The notes under the pieces are model-generated. The model had not been told where the DNA came from, searched no databases, and saw nothing but the letters and a program-made list of their open reading frames with translations. A stretch of DNA of 62,071 bases, the filler included. It is 17 parts of 17 records of this genome, joined end to end, with 100 filler letters (N's around TTAATTAATTAA, not from the genome) between each part and the next. Parts side by side here need not be neighbours in the genome. Positions count along the whole stretch, not along the records: positions 47,726 to 51,040 come from SRR15195285_23395; positions 51,141 to 54,310 come from SRR15195285_23487; positions 54,411 to 58,251 come from SRR15195285_23600; positions 58,352 to 62,071 come from SRR15195285_24074; 13 more parts are not named here. The stretch is one strand, 5' to 3'. Both the position numbers and the translations under genes were made by a program. This document shows positions 47,726 to 58,508 of this stretch, piece by piece. Numbering within the stretch: the stretch's first letter is position 1; every line of letters begins with the position of its first letter.

Positions 47726-50700
47726 CAGCGCACGCAGTATTGATGGCATCCATGTCGCACCCTCCTACCGCACCATGTACATGTGTTGCATGCGGGTTCC
47801 CAGTACCGCCCGAGTGAACTTCGCAGATCTCATAAAATTGACGCCAAGGAGCCATCACAATTTGCTCAGTGAAACTGCCGCCGAGGTTCGAATGCGCGCC
47901 GGTCTCGTCAAACAAAGTTGGCAGCACGTGCCCGCAGTCTTCATAGAATGGAAGGTACATAGACGCGCAAGTCGGGCTGCAAACGTCTGGCGGCCCTTCG
48001 ACACCGTCCTCGTTAGCGCAGACTTCCCCAGCGTCATCACAGCAATGAGAGATGAGGTTCGCCAGCCGCGCAAGTGCTTGGCTAGAGTCGCACACTCCCG
48101 TGGCACCTAAAGTCTGAGCTTCCGAAACAAGCTGCGTGTACAGGGCGTTGACGAAGTTGGGTGCCACCGCACTGTTGAAGAGCCTCACGTCGTCGAGAGC
48201 GCCCTGAAAGTTGTTCACATAGCGATGGCCGCCTGTTGCTGTCAAGACCGTCCGAGCGCCAATAGTAATGATGTGATCCAAGCCCGGGATGTCAAACCGA
48301 GGCAGCCTTGCGTTGCGCGGTGAATCAGGCTGGCCGTTGATGTAAGAGTTCGTGCGGAAGTTGCGGTTAAGTGAAAATCCGACGTGAGTCCAGACGCCGG
48401 GTTGAATGTTTGTCTGCCCGTCGATGTTGTGGAACGAGCCGTCGGTTCCTTCCATGTAAACGCGGACGTGATTTGAATGCAGCTGAAACTGATACTGCAG
48501 CTTGTCGTTGGCTGTTCCACCCACCGCTGTTGGCATGCTGCATGGAGGAGCTCCACCATCCACGCCGCACGTCACGCCATTCTGCGAGACGTCCGACGTG
48601 CAGCACTGACTTGCGCCGCCGGGGCGCCTGCCGCACTTGGAACCACCACAGCCTCGGCAGCTCGCAGGACAACAGACCGTCGAGTCTGCGTCAAGATGTC
48701 CAGTTGGTCGCGAGCAGTCGTACGCAGGTGCGCTGCCGAAGCCCTGGCCGTGGGCAAGAAGTACGCCATTGCCGTTAGGGTCGTCAGCAGCCACGTCATT
48801 TACTCCGATAGCCGCCACGTCTTCCCTCTTCATCCACGCAAAGAACGAAAACTCAGTCAGATCGAACGAGTCAGACGGCGGAACCTCGATGTATGAGCCT
48901 TCGTTTCCGTCAAACTCCATGACGTACCCCCTCTGGCGATCGAAAGTCGACGAAACACCGCCAGTTACCTCACCGTCATGGCCCCCGACGAGGTCAGCCG
49001 CTGTGCCGTCGTCGAAGGGCCAGTATGCCACTTCAGTGTGATCGTAGTCGAGCACCGGACCTGCATTGCACGGCTGCAGAAAAATGTCGTCCATTTGGCA
49101 GGTCTGCGCCATTTGCTCCACAGCCCACTCGTGACTGTCGAAGGCGCAAGTGCCAGCAAAACAGCCAGTGGCGTCGGCTGCAGTCCGCACGGCGTCTTGG
49201 CAAGTGCCGCCGCAGCTGCCACGATCGCACATACCCCACATCGACACGATCATATCACGACAGCTCTCCGGATCATGCGCCCCACACTTGGTAGAAGCGT
49301 CAGCACAGCAGCTGACGGCTGCCGTGCCTGCGAAGATGTCCTCACACGTCGGAGGCGCAGGAGGGTAGGTGTTGCCAGGCATGACGCGAGTCGTTCCAGA
49401 CCCAGTCATCGTCATGATCTGGTTGACTTGGCACTCGTCTTGCTCAGAGGTCCAGATGTATTCATAATTGAACATGCATCCAGTATTTCTAGTCTCATGG
49501 GCCTGTATCTCAGCAACCGTACACAGACGCGCACCAGCGCCCAGGCAGATATTTGCCGCCTGTTCGAAAGTCACGTCGTTGGTGCAGCCCTCTGGGAAAC
49601 CATCAGACTCAGCGCACACGCTCGCGCCACCGAAGCCCTGAGTCTCTTCCCAGCTGAGCTCGCCACACGTCAGTAGAGATGCCGACGGATGACACGGCGT
49701 GCCATCAGCACACAGAGGTTGAACGTCGGCACAGCAGCGAACAGGAAGCACCTGTGTGATCGGAGTGCACTCCTGTGGGAACTGCTCGATCGAGCCCGAT
49801 GCACCTGCGAGAGACCTGGCTTGGCCCTCAGGGCAACCAGAGCGAGTGCTTGACCACACACGTTGCAGGTCAAAGTTGCATCCTGTCGTGTGCGTTTCGT
49901 CATGCAGAATCTCCTCCATAGTGCAGAGGCGCGCTCCAGCGGTGAAGCACATATGTATCGCATCCGGGAACGAAGCCGAGTCGCAGTTCAGGTGCACGCC
50001 GTCTTCGGAAGCTCCACACACGCGCCGGGATTCACGATTGCTAGTTCCGAGTGGATTGGCCCCATTTTCCACATCGACGACCCAGGCAATGTGACCGTTG
50101 CCTTCTGCTTCCGCGTTGAGTTCAGCGCACGTTTGCATACTCTGAACAGGAGCACACGTCTCCCGCTGGACTGCATACGTCACTGTGGCAGCGACAGAGT
50201 AAATTCGGCCATCGTCGCCGGGGCCACCATCGAAGGAGACGTCTTGGCCAAGTGTAGCACCATCGAACGGCCCTCCAGCAGCAGGGCCACCGTAGTGCCA
50301 CTGAACATCGTTGCCTTTGTTGGCTGTTTCAGTCTCGCCTGGAGCACGAATACCGCCCTGTCCATAGTCGAAGTCGATGACCCCCTGACCATCATGGGCC
50401 CAGCCGATGGCATCCCCCTTGGCGAAATTGCAACGGTTCTCCGCAGGGATGGCGATGTGCACAGGACCGTGCGTCGTGGCAGTAAACGGCTGAGAGCAAT
50501 GCAGCCGCCAGGTTGTCGCAGCTGTGCAGTCTGGGTTGCAGTTCGGGTTGCTGGGACTGCAGTGGCGGGCATTCACGTTGCAGTGGACTAGAGTACCCTG
50601 TGCATTGGCGACCATCGGCCGCCAGACTTGCATCCAACCATGGCCAGGCCGTCCAACGTAAATGTCAAACGCGCGCACGTTGCCGTTGCTCTGGAAGACC

Positions 50701-50985
50701 AGAGTCTTGTCAACAAACTGAATCGCAGTCGCGCCATCGGGAGTTGCGCGATCGCTGGTTGGGTTACCCAGGATGAGCTGTGGGTGCTCCCCTTCCCCGT
50801 CGCAGGCGTCAACATCCAGGGACGGCGCTGGGTAGGTGCCAAAGCCAGCGCCAGCTCCGGCAGGGATCTGGGTCGGGTTGGAATACGACGGAACGGTCCA
50901 CCCTGTGGTGGGCGGTGTGCCAGCGAACTCTCCCTCCTGGATGGCGGAGATGTAGAAATCGATGTCATCGCCGTCGCCCGGTGTC
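47726..50985 (-). CDS. Large Cys-rich extracellular multidomain protein (repeated GARLC...CCAD lectin-like modules, LamG domain, Cys-rich helical module), partial at both ends
   Basis: Two CxxxGARLCTxxEI...TGCxF...W...CCAD repeats. LamG signature YWPFDDG...FDG...WTHVG...YING...IGAR...FQGALDDVRLFNSA. Confidence 0.78.
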
Positions 50986-51173
50986 CTGCGCGCAACCATT
51001 GCGGCAAGGTCAGCACAGCACAGCACAACACAGCACAGCANNNNNNNNNNNNNNNNNNNNNNNNNNNNNNNNNNNNNNNNNNNNTTAATTAATTAANNNN
51101 NNNNNNNNNNNNNNNNNNNNNNNNNNNNNNNNNNNNNNNNAACCCTATCATGTCATGTCATGTCATGTCATGA

Positions 51174-52211
51174 ATGGTCACGCCTCGGCAGGCTCGCTCG
51201 ATCAAAACAGCTGGCGCCATGCATCCATTCAACCCGAAGAACGCTCCTCCCAATATCATGCCCCCTATCATCGTGTGTGGGCTCACGATTCTTTTCGGTG
51301 CTGGCGCTCGGACTGAGCCTTGGATGAATCGCTTGTCAGCAGCGTTTCTTGCGTGGTTTATGGTCTGCGCGCGTCCCCTTGTTGCCGTGTTTACTGTCAC
51401 GCTGGGTGTTGCGACGCGGCTCGCAAGCTTTCGGGTGGCCAAGGTCGCGGATGTACGTTAGTAAGGACGACTGTGTTGTGGTCTGATTAGATCTAGTCCT
51501 ACTTGTCTGTCTGAAGCAGCAAGATTTGCAATGTGCAGGCAGTGAAACGTTTCCCGACGGGCAGGGCTGAGCTGGATTGGGATAAGTGGGAGAGAGATGT
51601 TATCGATCCAATCAAGGATCTCGTAGACACGATGCAGGTGCTCACGGACGGCTGGGGGAACGGCATGGCTGTGGTCAGCTTTGCATCTGTGACGATGATC
51701 CTCGCACAGGTCTGCTTTATGCTCTCGCCCATGACGGATCGTCTTGACGGGTGGGGGGAGGAAACTCCAACCTACATTCGTCTTATCGGGGCATTTTTTT
51801 GCACAGGTAAGCAGCGACACAGCTGGCTCTAGATTCCACCAATATCGCCACACTTTTCAACGGTGTAGCGGTTTGATACACAAGCTGTTTGTTTCAGGCT
51901 TTACCATCATCCCGTTTCTCATGGCGCTGGGACCTGCCAAGGTTTCGACCGCATGCGATCACTTGAAAGAGTCTCTTAATTCAATCCGGCTGGCCAATCC
52001 GTTGTCAATTGAGATCGACGAGCGTGTCAGCATCCTGGAGAAGTGTCTGTCGAATGTAAACCGTGGCCAAGGCATCGGCTTCAAGGTCTTTGATTTTGTG
52101 ATTGACATCAAAGTCCTGACCAAGATCGCATTGCAAATATTCTCAGCCGGGTCGTTCGTTGCCCCGATTGTGTTGGGGATGAGCCGAGGCGAAGAAAGCG
52201 TGCTAGGGTAG
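51174..52211 (+). CDS. Gustatory-receptor-like / DUF3537-like 7TM ion channel superfamily protein, probably 5'-partial, 2 introns
   Basis: Introns 51453-51538 and 51710-51806 join hydrophobic exons. C-terminus PAKVSTACDHL...ERVSILEKCL..N.GQGIGFKVFDFVIDIKVL. Confidence 0.6.
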
Positions 52212-52267
52212 TCCCCAGCATAGCCGGTGATTTGAACCTAGTTGGATGGTAAACAAACGTCAGGCTG

Positions 52268-54154
52268 TCATCGGCCATGTAGCAACCACACCACACACCG
52301 CAAGGAGAATTTCTCCTCTGCCGCCGCTGCAATACTTGCTGGGGGCTCGGACTTGTTGCGCTCGTCAGTTCCTTGCTGCCGAGCCATGAGAAACCACTCT
52401 TCTAACCATGTGATGTTGCCGTAGTCAAACCCCAAAGGAGGCGCACCTCCTCCGGACCTTTCAGCTCGTGCCTCAAGCGTCTGTAGTTCTGCTGCTGTGT
52501 CGTGTGAATCAGGAGGATCGGCCGGAGTACGCACAGCTCTCCTCTGAGCTTCCTCAGTCACCCAAGAACGGGCTGGATTATATGTTTGCGCCACTAGCTC
52601 CTCGTCTGCAACTTTCACGTCACTATCACACAGCCTCGCACGGAACGTTGTGTGAGCCATCTCCGCTGTACGATGATCGTGCCCGATAGCAACCGCTAAC
52701 TCCAATGGTAGCGATGAAACTAGCTGCGTTATCGCAAGAGTTGGACACTCAGCTGCATGCGCAGCACCAAAGCAGCGGGCCCATGCCAGACGTTGTTGTG
52801 CAGCTTCCAAGGACGCTTCAAGACATGGGAGCACCATCGGATCGGCCATCCACTCGTAGTAACCGTGCCCATCGCCAACATTTGGCACTATATTTCCAGT
52901 CGCTTCATCGACGAAGATGCCACTTAATCTACCTTCAGCCACAAATGCGCACGTGCGAGAACCACGATCGATGCAGCCCACGATGCTTCCCCCAATCCAC
53001 ACACTAAACTTACGTTCCGGTGGAATTACCACTCTCAGCCGTTTGCGCACAGATGACGAGTTGGAAGACACGTCTATCAGCTGCGGATCATGGTCCAAGT
53101 AGAATGTCCCTTCCTTCCCTTCGCGATGCCAGTGATTGTGGCGCCATGTTGGAACCTTCGGGCCGAGCGCACATGCCAGCCTGCGGTCTGCTTCTGCGTT
53201 GAGTGCCTCAGATATCGTGGTCAGGATCGCACGGCCTTGGCAATCGTCCGCTAGACCCGTGCAGTCGTCCAGTAGACCATCGTCGCCAGAAAAAATTATG
53301 TTCGTTATCAGATCCATACGGCAGTCGAGTGGTGCCGAGAAGATTGCGTCGGCGACTAGTGTTGCGACCATATCGGCATTCACCTCGCCGTCCCCGTCGC
53401 GTCGACGCGCGCACTCGGGGAGAACGAAACCTTCGAATACACCATAGCACGAGGCGCCCGCCCCAGTGACATGGACCGATAATCCGGTAGTTCGGCCGGT
53501 CGAATAAAGCGCAAGCAGCTCTCGTGGCTGCACAGCCATGCGCACGCAACGTCGTCCTGCCTTCTTCACAGGTCCATCAGGACAAAACACAATGCGCTTC
53601 ATCTTGTCGATGAGGGTGCTGCACACAGGGTCGTGTAGACAGGGCAGTGCCACAATAATTTGCATCTGCATAGGTAGACTTCGCCAGTTCAAGCGCAAGA
53701 ACGCTTGTAGAAGCGCGCAGTTGCAGCGCCAAAGGGCCTGCTTCGCGCCGATTGCACCTTGCTGCGCCAACTTGACGAGCTCAGAGCCGAATGCCCGGCA
53801 CTCGTGCCCGGTTCGGCGCGTCTGTTCCTCCAGACAGAGCGGATCGGGGAGGCTGTCCCAGTCAGCGGGAAGGGCGGCGACTGCGGCAGCGCAGGCAATT
53901 GCCAGCTCTGCCACTTCCGGGCCACGGTCCTCTCCGGCGGCAGCTGGCTCGGTGAGGACAGGCAAGATGATTTGCGGTGGTAGGTCATCTGTCCAGCGTG
54001 CCGGGGCGTCGTCGCCCGCAAACCCAATGCGCCAGCACAACCCTCCAGCGTCGAGTACCAGCGGCAATGCGTCATCATCGTCGCTGTCGGAGCCGTCGCC
54101 GCTGTTGGGGACCGGTACGTTTCCGGGCGGCAGTGGCATCGGCCGACCTGCCAT
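52268..54154 (-). CDS. Highly divergent actin-related protein with C-terminal extension
   Basis: LVLDAG...IGFAGDDAP, LALYSTGRTTGL, DAIFSAPLDCRMDLITNIIFSG and PPERKFSVWIGGSI. Confidence 0.8.
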   Translation of the reverse strand: MAGRPMPLPPGNVPVPNSGDGSDSDDDDALPLVLDAGGLCWRIGFAGDDAPARWTDDLPPQIILPVLTEPAAAGEDRGPEVAELAIACAAAVAALPADWDSLPDPLCLEEQTRRTGHECRAFGSELVKLAQQGAIGAKQALWRCNCALLQAFLRLNWRSLPMQMQIIVALPCLHDPVCSTLIDKMKRIVFCPDGPVKKAGRRCVRMAVQPRELLALYSTGRTTGLSVHVTGAGASCYGVFEGFVLPECARRRDGDGEVNADMVATLVADAIFSAPLDCRMDLITNIIFSGDDGLLDDCTGLADDCQGRAILTTISEALNAEADRRLACALGPKVPTWRHNHWHREGKEGTFYLDHDPQLIDVSSNSSSVRKRLRVVIPPERKFSVWIGGSIVGCIDRGSRTCAFVAEGRLSGIFVDEATGNIVPNVGDGHGYYEWMADPMVLPCLEASLEAAQQRLAWARCFGAAHAAECPTLAITQLVSSLPLELAVAIGHDHRTAEMAHTTFRARLCDSDVKVADEELVAQTYNPARSWVTEEAQRRAVRTPADPPDSHDTAAELQTLEARAERSGGGAPPLGFDYGNITWLEEWFLMARQQGTDERNKSEPPASIAAAAEEKFSLRCVVWLLHGR

Positions 54155-54538
54155 TTCTGCTCCACGCAGCACGCAGCACGAGGCGCGCGAAAAACTGGTT
54201 GAGGCGCCGCCGCCGCCGGCCAGCCCGCGCCGCGTACAGCGCGCGCCGCCGTACTAGTATGTACTACCGGTAGTACACCCCGGGGTGCAGCACGGAAAAG
54301 CGGCGGAGTTNNNNNNNNNNNNNNNNNNNNNNNNNNNNNNNNNNNNNNNNNNNNTTAATTAATTAANNNNNNNNNNNNNNNNNNNNNNNNNNNNNNNNNN
54401 NNNNNNNNNNTGGCTGTGGCTGTGGCTGTGGCTGTGGCTGGCCTTCCCGGGCGATTGAGGACGAAAGAGCACTGCCTGACGGGCTGAGACCGGTAGTGGA
54501 GCTAGCTGCTCGAGGGAGGTGAGGGGTGGCTGCAGGGG

Positions 54539-56517
54539 ATGGGCAACGTGCAGGCGTGCTGCAGCAGCATCGGGGGCGATGCTCCGACGCCTAAGCCGCC
54601 GCCGGGCCTGCCGGAGGCGGAGACTGAAGAGATCGAGGATTTCGAGTGTGACAGCAAGCTGGCATCGCTGATGGCGAATGGCGTGGCCAACGTTGAGGGT
54701 GAACAACCAGCAAGCCGCACGACGCCATCAGCCGAAGATGCGGCCAAGGAAGCCCAGGCGTCACGGCTGGGGAAACTCAGTGAAGACGAGGTAGTGGGGC
54801 TGGAGAGTGTGTCGCTGCTTGAAGCTGAGCCGGAGCCGGAGCCGGAGCCAGAGAAGAAGCCGGAGAAGAAACCTTCGCCCTTTTCTGGTGCGAAAGCAAT
54901 GTATGCGCGGGCACAGAAGGCTAAAGCCGAAGCTGCAAAGGCCGCAGCAGCCGCAAAGGCAAACGCGCCTGACCCCACTAAGTGGAAGTTCAACACGAAC
55001 ATTTTCGCCGGCTCGTATCAGTCGTTAGGTGAGAAGCGCGAGGAAGAGGGTCTCATCTCGGACGGGGTATCGAAACTGAAGCGCCAGCCCGAAACCTATA
55101 TAGCCATCATGTTCCAATCGGACATGAAGACCTGGCCGGAAGATCAGCAGAAGTACACGCTTGTGTGCCGGAAAGGAGCCAAGGGTTTCAAGCCGATAGA
55201 TTGTTCTGACGACGGTTGGATGACATGCATCGTGGCCGAGTATCAGGCGCTTCTGCCGAACGTCAATCTCAAGTCAACGGCCGACAGCTACACCGATGGG
55301 TTCTCATTCCAGGGAGCCAAGCTACACAGCCCAAGCAACCCACCATTGCTGCCAGGAAGAGGAATGGGTGTGTGCGATGTCCCCGGGCTCAAACTGATCG
55401 GCGATATCGACCCGGGTGATGTGAGTCAGGGAGCCGTTGGAGACTGCTGGATGCTGAGCGCTATCTCGGCATTAGCTGAGTTCGATGGTGCTGTCAAGCA
55501 GCTGTTTGCGAAGACACAGGGTATCGAAGACATGCCACGAGACGGCCCGAATAACTACACAATTACGCTCTATGACCTGGCCTCATGGGAGCCGGTTGAT
55601 GTGGTTGTTGACGAGCGACTGGCTGCGAAAGCAAACGGCGGTTTACTCGGGTGTGCTCCGTCTGAAGATGGTGAGCTATGGCCTTGCTACCTCGAGAAGG
55701 CTATGGCAGTGCACTGCGGCGGCTGGGATAAGATAGACGGAGGGCAGTGTACACATGCATGGGCGATGCTGACCGGTTGCAAGGAGCAGTACACCATCCA
55801 GAGCGACGACGATGGACAGACCTACAAGTGCTACGGGAAGTTTAATCCGAATGAGCGGCGGTGGGAGACGTTAACAAACTCCCCGCATGATGGCTTTCGA
55901 GGCAACTGGCCGATGAAGTGGCCGGAAGCTGGTGGTGGTGGCGGTTTAGATCTGGGTCTCAGCAAGGATGAGCTTTTCGCTCGGATGTGCGCGTGGGATT
56001 CGATGAACTACATCAGTAAGTCTCCACTAGCAATTGGCCTTGCACTTGCCGGTGTCTACACCTGTGCCTGCAACTGACCTTGTTCATGCTGTACTGACCA
56101 GTCGGGGCAGGGACAAAGAGTGGTTCTGATACGGAAAATACGGATGGCATTGTCGATGGCCATGCCTGTGAGATAGAGGCCACTCCATCAGTACGCATGA
56201 ATGCTTTCGGACTCACACGCGCGTGTGCACCCATGCCCGATCGTGTCTCAGATACGGTGATTAGCTGCGTTGCGAAAGTCGCTGGGACAGACTTCGACTT
56301 GGCCAAGATGCGGAATCCCTGGGGGCGTGGGGAGTTCGAGTCAGGCATGTGGGACGATGACGGTCCAGGATGGGATCAATACCCAGCAGTAAAAGAAGCA
56401 CTACAACCGGAAGCGAAGGACGATGGGATCTTTTGGGTATCCAAGGAGGAGTTTTTCAAGTACTTCACTACAGTCTACCTGTCGGCTTCGGATATGACGG
56501 CCTTTAAAGAGGACTGA
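54539..56517 (+). CDS. Calpain catalytic-domain (CysPc) protease with N-terminal acylation motif, 2 introns
   Basis: QGAVGDCW (Cys), GIVDGHAY (His, assembled across introns 56016-56101 and 56168-56251), RNPWG (Asn) and DDGIFW. N-terminus MGNVQACC. Confidence 0.9.
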
Positions 56518-56662
56518 CACGCTGCGTGATTGCGTTGATGTGAAGAACGATACATAACCGAGATTTCGGTGCCAGATAGCGTGCGAGGGCTGAGCTCTGA
56601 GTCCACAGGACAGCACCCCCCAGGCCCAGCAACCATACTCACTCAGCTGCGTCTCCCCTCGA

Positions 56663-57903
56663 CTAGTTCAGGCCTAGCTGACGCTTGATCTTCTGCCCTG
56701 GCGACTCATGGATATCCTGCTCCGCGGCCGCTGCTGCCGCGGCCTGCTTCGCAGACTTTCGTCTTTCGTAAGTCTCTTTGTCGGCACCGTTGACACCGTT
56801 TCCGTTGGTCGCCTCATCGAACTTGTCCTGCCGCAAGAACGCGCGGCCCGAGCCATCCGGGAGCACACTGCGAGCGAACAAGGAACGTGACACGGGCGTT
56901 CAGTCGGCGACTCTGCGGCTGAAACAAAAGCGAAGACAACGAGGTGGATCCAATGCAATCATGGTGTGCCTGCCGCGTACCCGAAGCTTAGCGAAGTGGG
57001 GCGGTCAACAGCTGCATGTACCTCCGCGAGCGAGAGGCGACCGATGCCCCCACGTTCCCAACTATTGTACTGCGCAGCACTGCCAGCGCCACGCCGGTCT
57101 GGCTGTTCGCCATCGAAAGTGGATGGGATATAGTGATTGGCATACACATGGCGAGAGCTCCCTTTCTCGACGATCTCACCGCCGCGGTGCACGAGCACGC
57201 CGTGAAAGTACAGAACGTCTCCCTTCTGGGCAACAATTGGCGTCTCAACCATGCCCGATGCCTCATTCTCAGCGTACACCATATCGACTGCATCGTTGTA
57301 GTCCACCCCATGGAACTCGCCTCCTTCCAGAAAGTCGCTCCGAATGAGCAGGCGGCCCTTATGGGAGCCTGCCTGAGCCCACACAGTCCCGTTGCGCGGC
57401 GAGACGTCTTCGAATGCCGTCCATGCGGACATGCATTCCGGCAGGTAAAATTGATCCTGGTGACGTCGCTGCTCCGAGCCCTGCCAGAAATACATCGACT
57501 GGATGGCAACCGGGTCGGTGCTGGGCCATCCATCGACCTCCATGCACCCGGCTAGGGCGTCACGAACCTTTGGGTGCAGGAGCATGTCCATCTCTGGATC
57601 GGTCGTGCCTGGTTCACGGGCACGCGGCGACAGGGTTTTGTCCGCCGCCGTAGCGTCGACCTGCATCTGCATTTGCTCTTTAGCATACGCCACCCAGTCG
57701 TCGCACTCCTTCGGAGTGAACACGCCCTTCACAAGAACGAACCCATCGCGCTCATAAGCCTCCCGGTCGGCGGCGGAGAGCTGCGCCGGCACCCTCAGCG
57801 CGCCCTGGGTGCGGCCGAGCTTCTCGACCTTTCCCACGGGGTGCAGCTCCTCAACCGCAGACACATGCCGAGCGATCGAGCGCAGCCGGCTGCGGGCGCC
57901 CAT
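56663..57903 (-). CDS. Phytanoyl-CoA dioxygenase (PhyH) family 2OG-Fe(II) oxygenase with PTS2-like N-terminus
   Basis: YERDGFVLVKGVF, HQD, GDVLYFHGVLVH and SSR. The unspliced ORF ends at 56959. Two putative short introns (first donor at 57021) would extend it to the stop at 56663. Confidence 0.82.
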
Positions 57904-57962
57904 CGCAGCGTCCACCAACGTGCGGGTGCAGCAGCACCGGAAACGCGGCCAGATTGTGTATA

Positions 57963-58074
57963 CTATCAATAGTACGAAAATCCCGTACTGTGCATGCATG
58001 AACTCATTCAGAATTCAACGACTCGATTGATTCATGCAATTTCACAAGGAATTGTAGTACTGTACTATTGATAG
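57963..58074. mobile_element. Candidate 112-bp MITE with 13-bp terminal inverted repeats and TA flanks
   Basis: TA|CTATCAATAGTAC (57963-57975) ... GTACTATTGATAG|TA (58062-58074). Inner inverted pair TGCATGAA (57995) / TTCATGCA (58031). Confidence 0.5.
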
Positions 58075-58508
58075 TACGACCGCCGCGCCGTGCGAACAGT
58101 GAGAGTGACTCAGGTCGATTCTCAGTACGGCGCTCTACACCCTGGCGACGCCCTGAGATATACTAGATCTAGTACCTCTCCGAGAGATATCAGAATGGTA
58201 CTACAATTGTATGTATTTTCAAGGAAAAGGTCTGCCTAGCCTGATCGAGCTNNNNNNNNNNNNNNNNNNNNNNNNNNNNNNNNNNNNNNNNNNNNTTAAT
58301 TAATTAANNNNNNNNNNNNNNNNNNNNNNNNNNNNNNNNNNNNNNNNNNNNGTGTATCGAGTATAATGTAGCTGCGCAGGCGGCCTCGATTACCGTACGG
58401 CATGCAAACAATACCAGTACCTTGGTACCGTCGTAGCTTCCTACTACACGCGTACAGCTGTACAGGCGCTGTATACGCCAACTGACCACGTGACGTTGGT
58501 CGCATAGC

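Noticed and set aside
6529-54440. Microsatellites at contig ends: (CTG)n 6529, (CAG)n 16228, poly-C 32079, (CTCCGG)n 36677, (GCG)n 40048, (CAGCA)n 51011, (CATGT)n 51149, (TGGCTG)n 54411
   Set aside because: Ordinary simple repeats that explain the assembly breaks. They differ from each other, so they are not telomeric.
3205-58351. Regularly recurring TTAATTAATTAA flanked by Ns, superficially a repeat array
   Set aside because: Identical 100-bp artificial joins between contigs. Not biological, and ORFs ending in X...LIN are artefacts.
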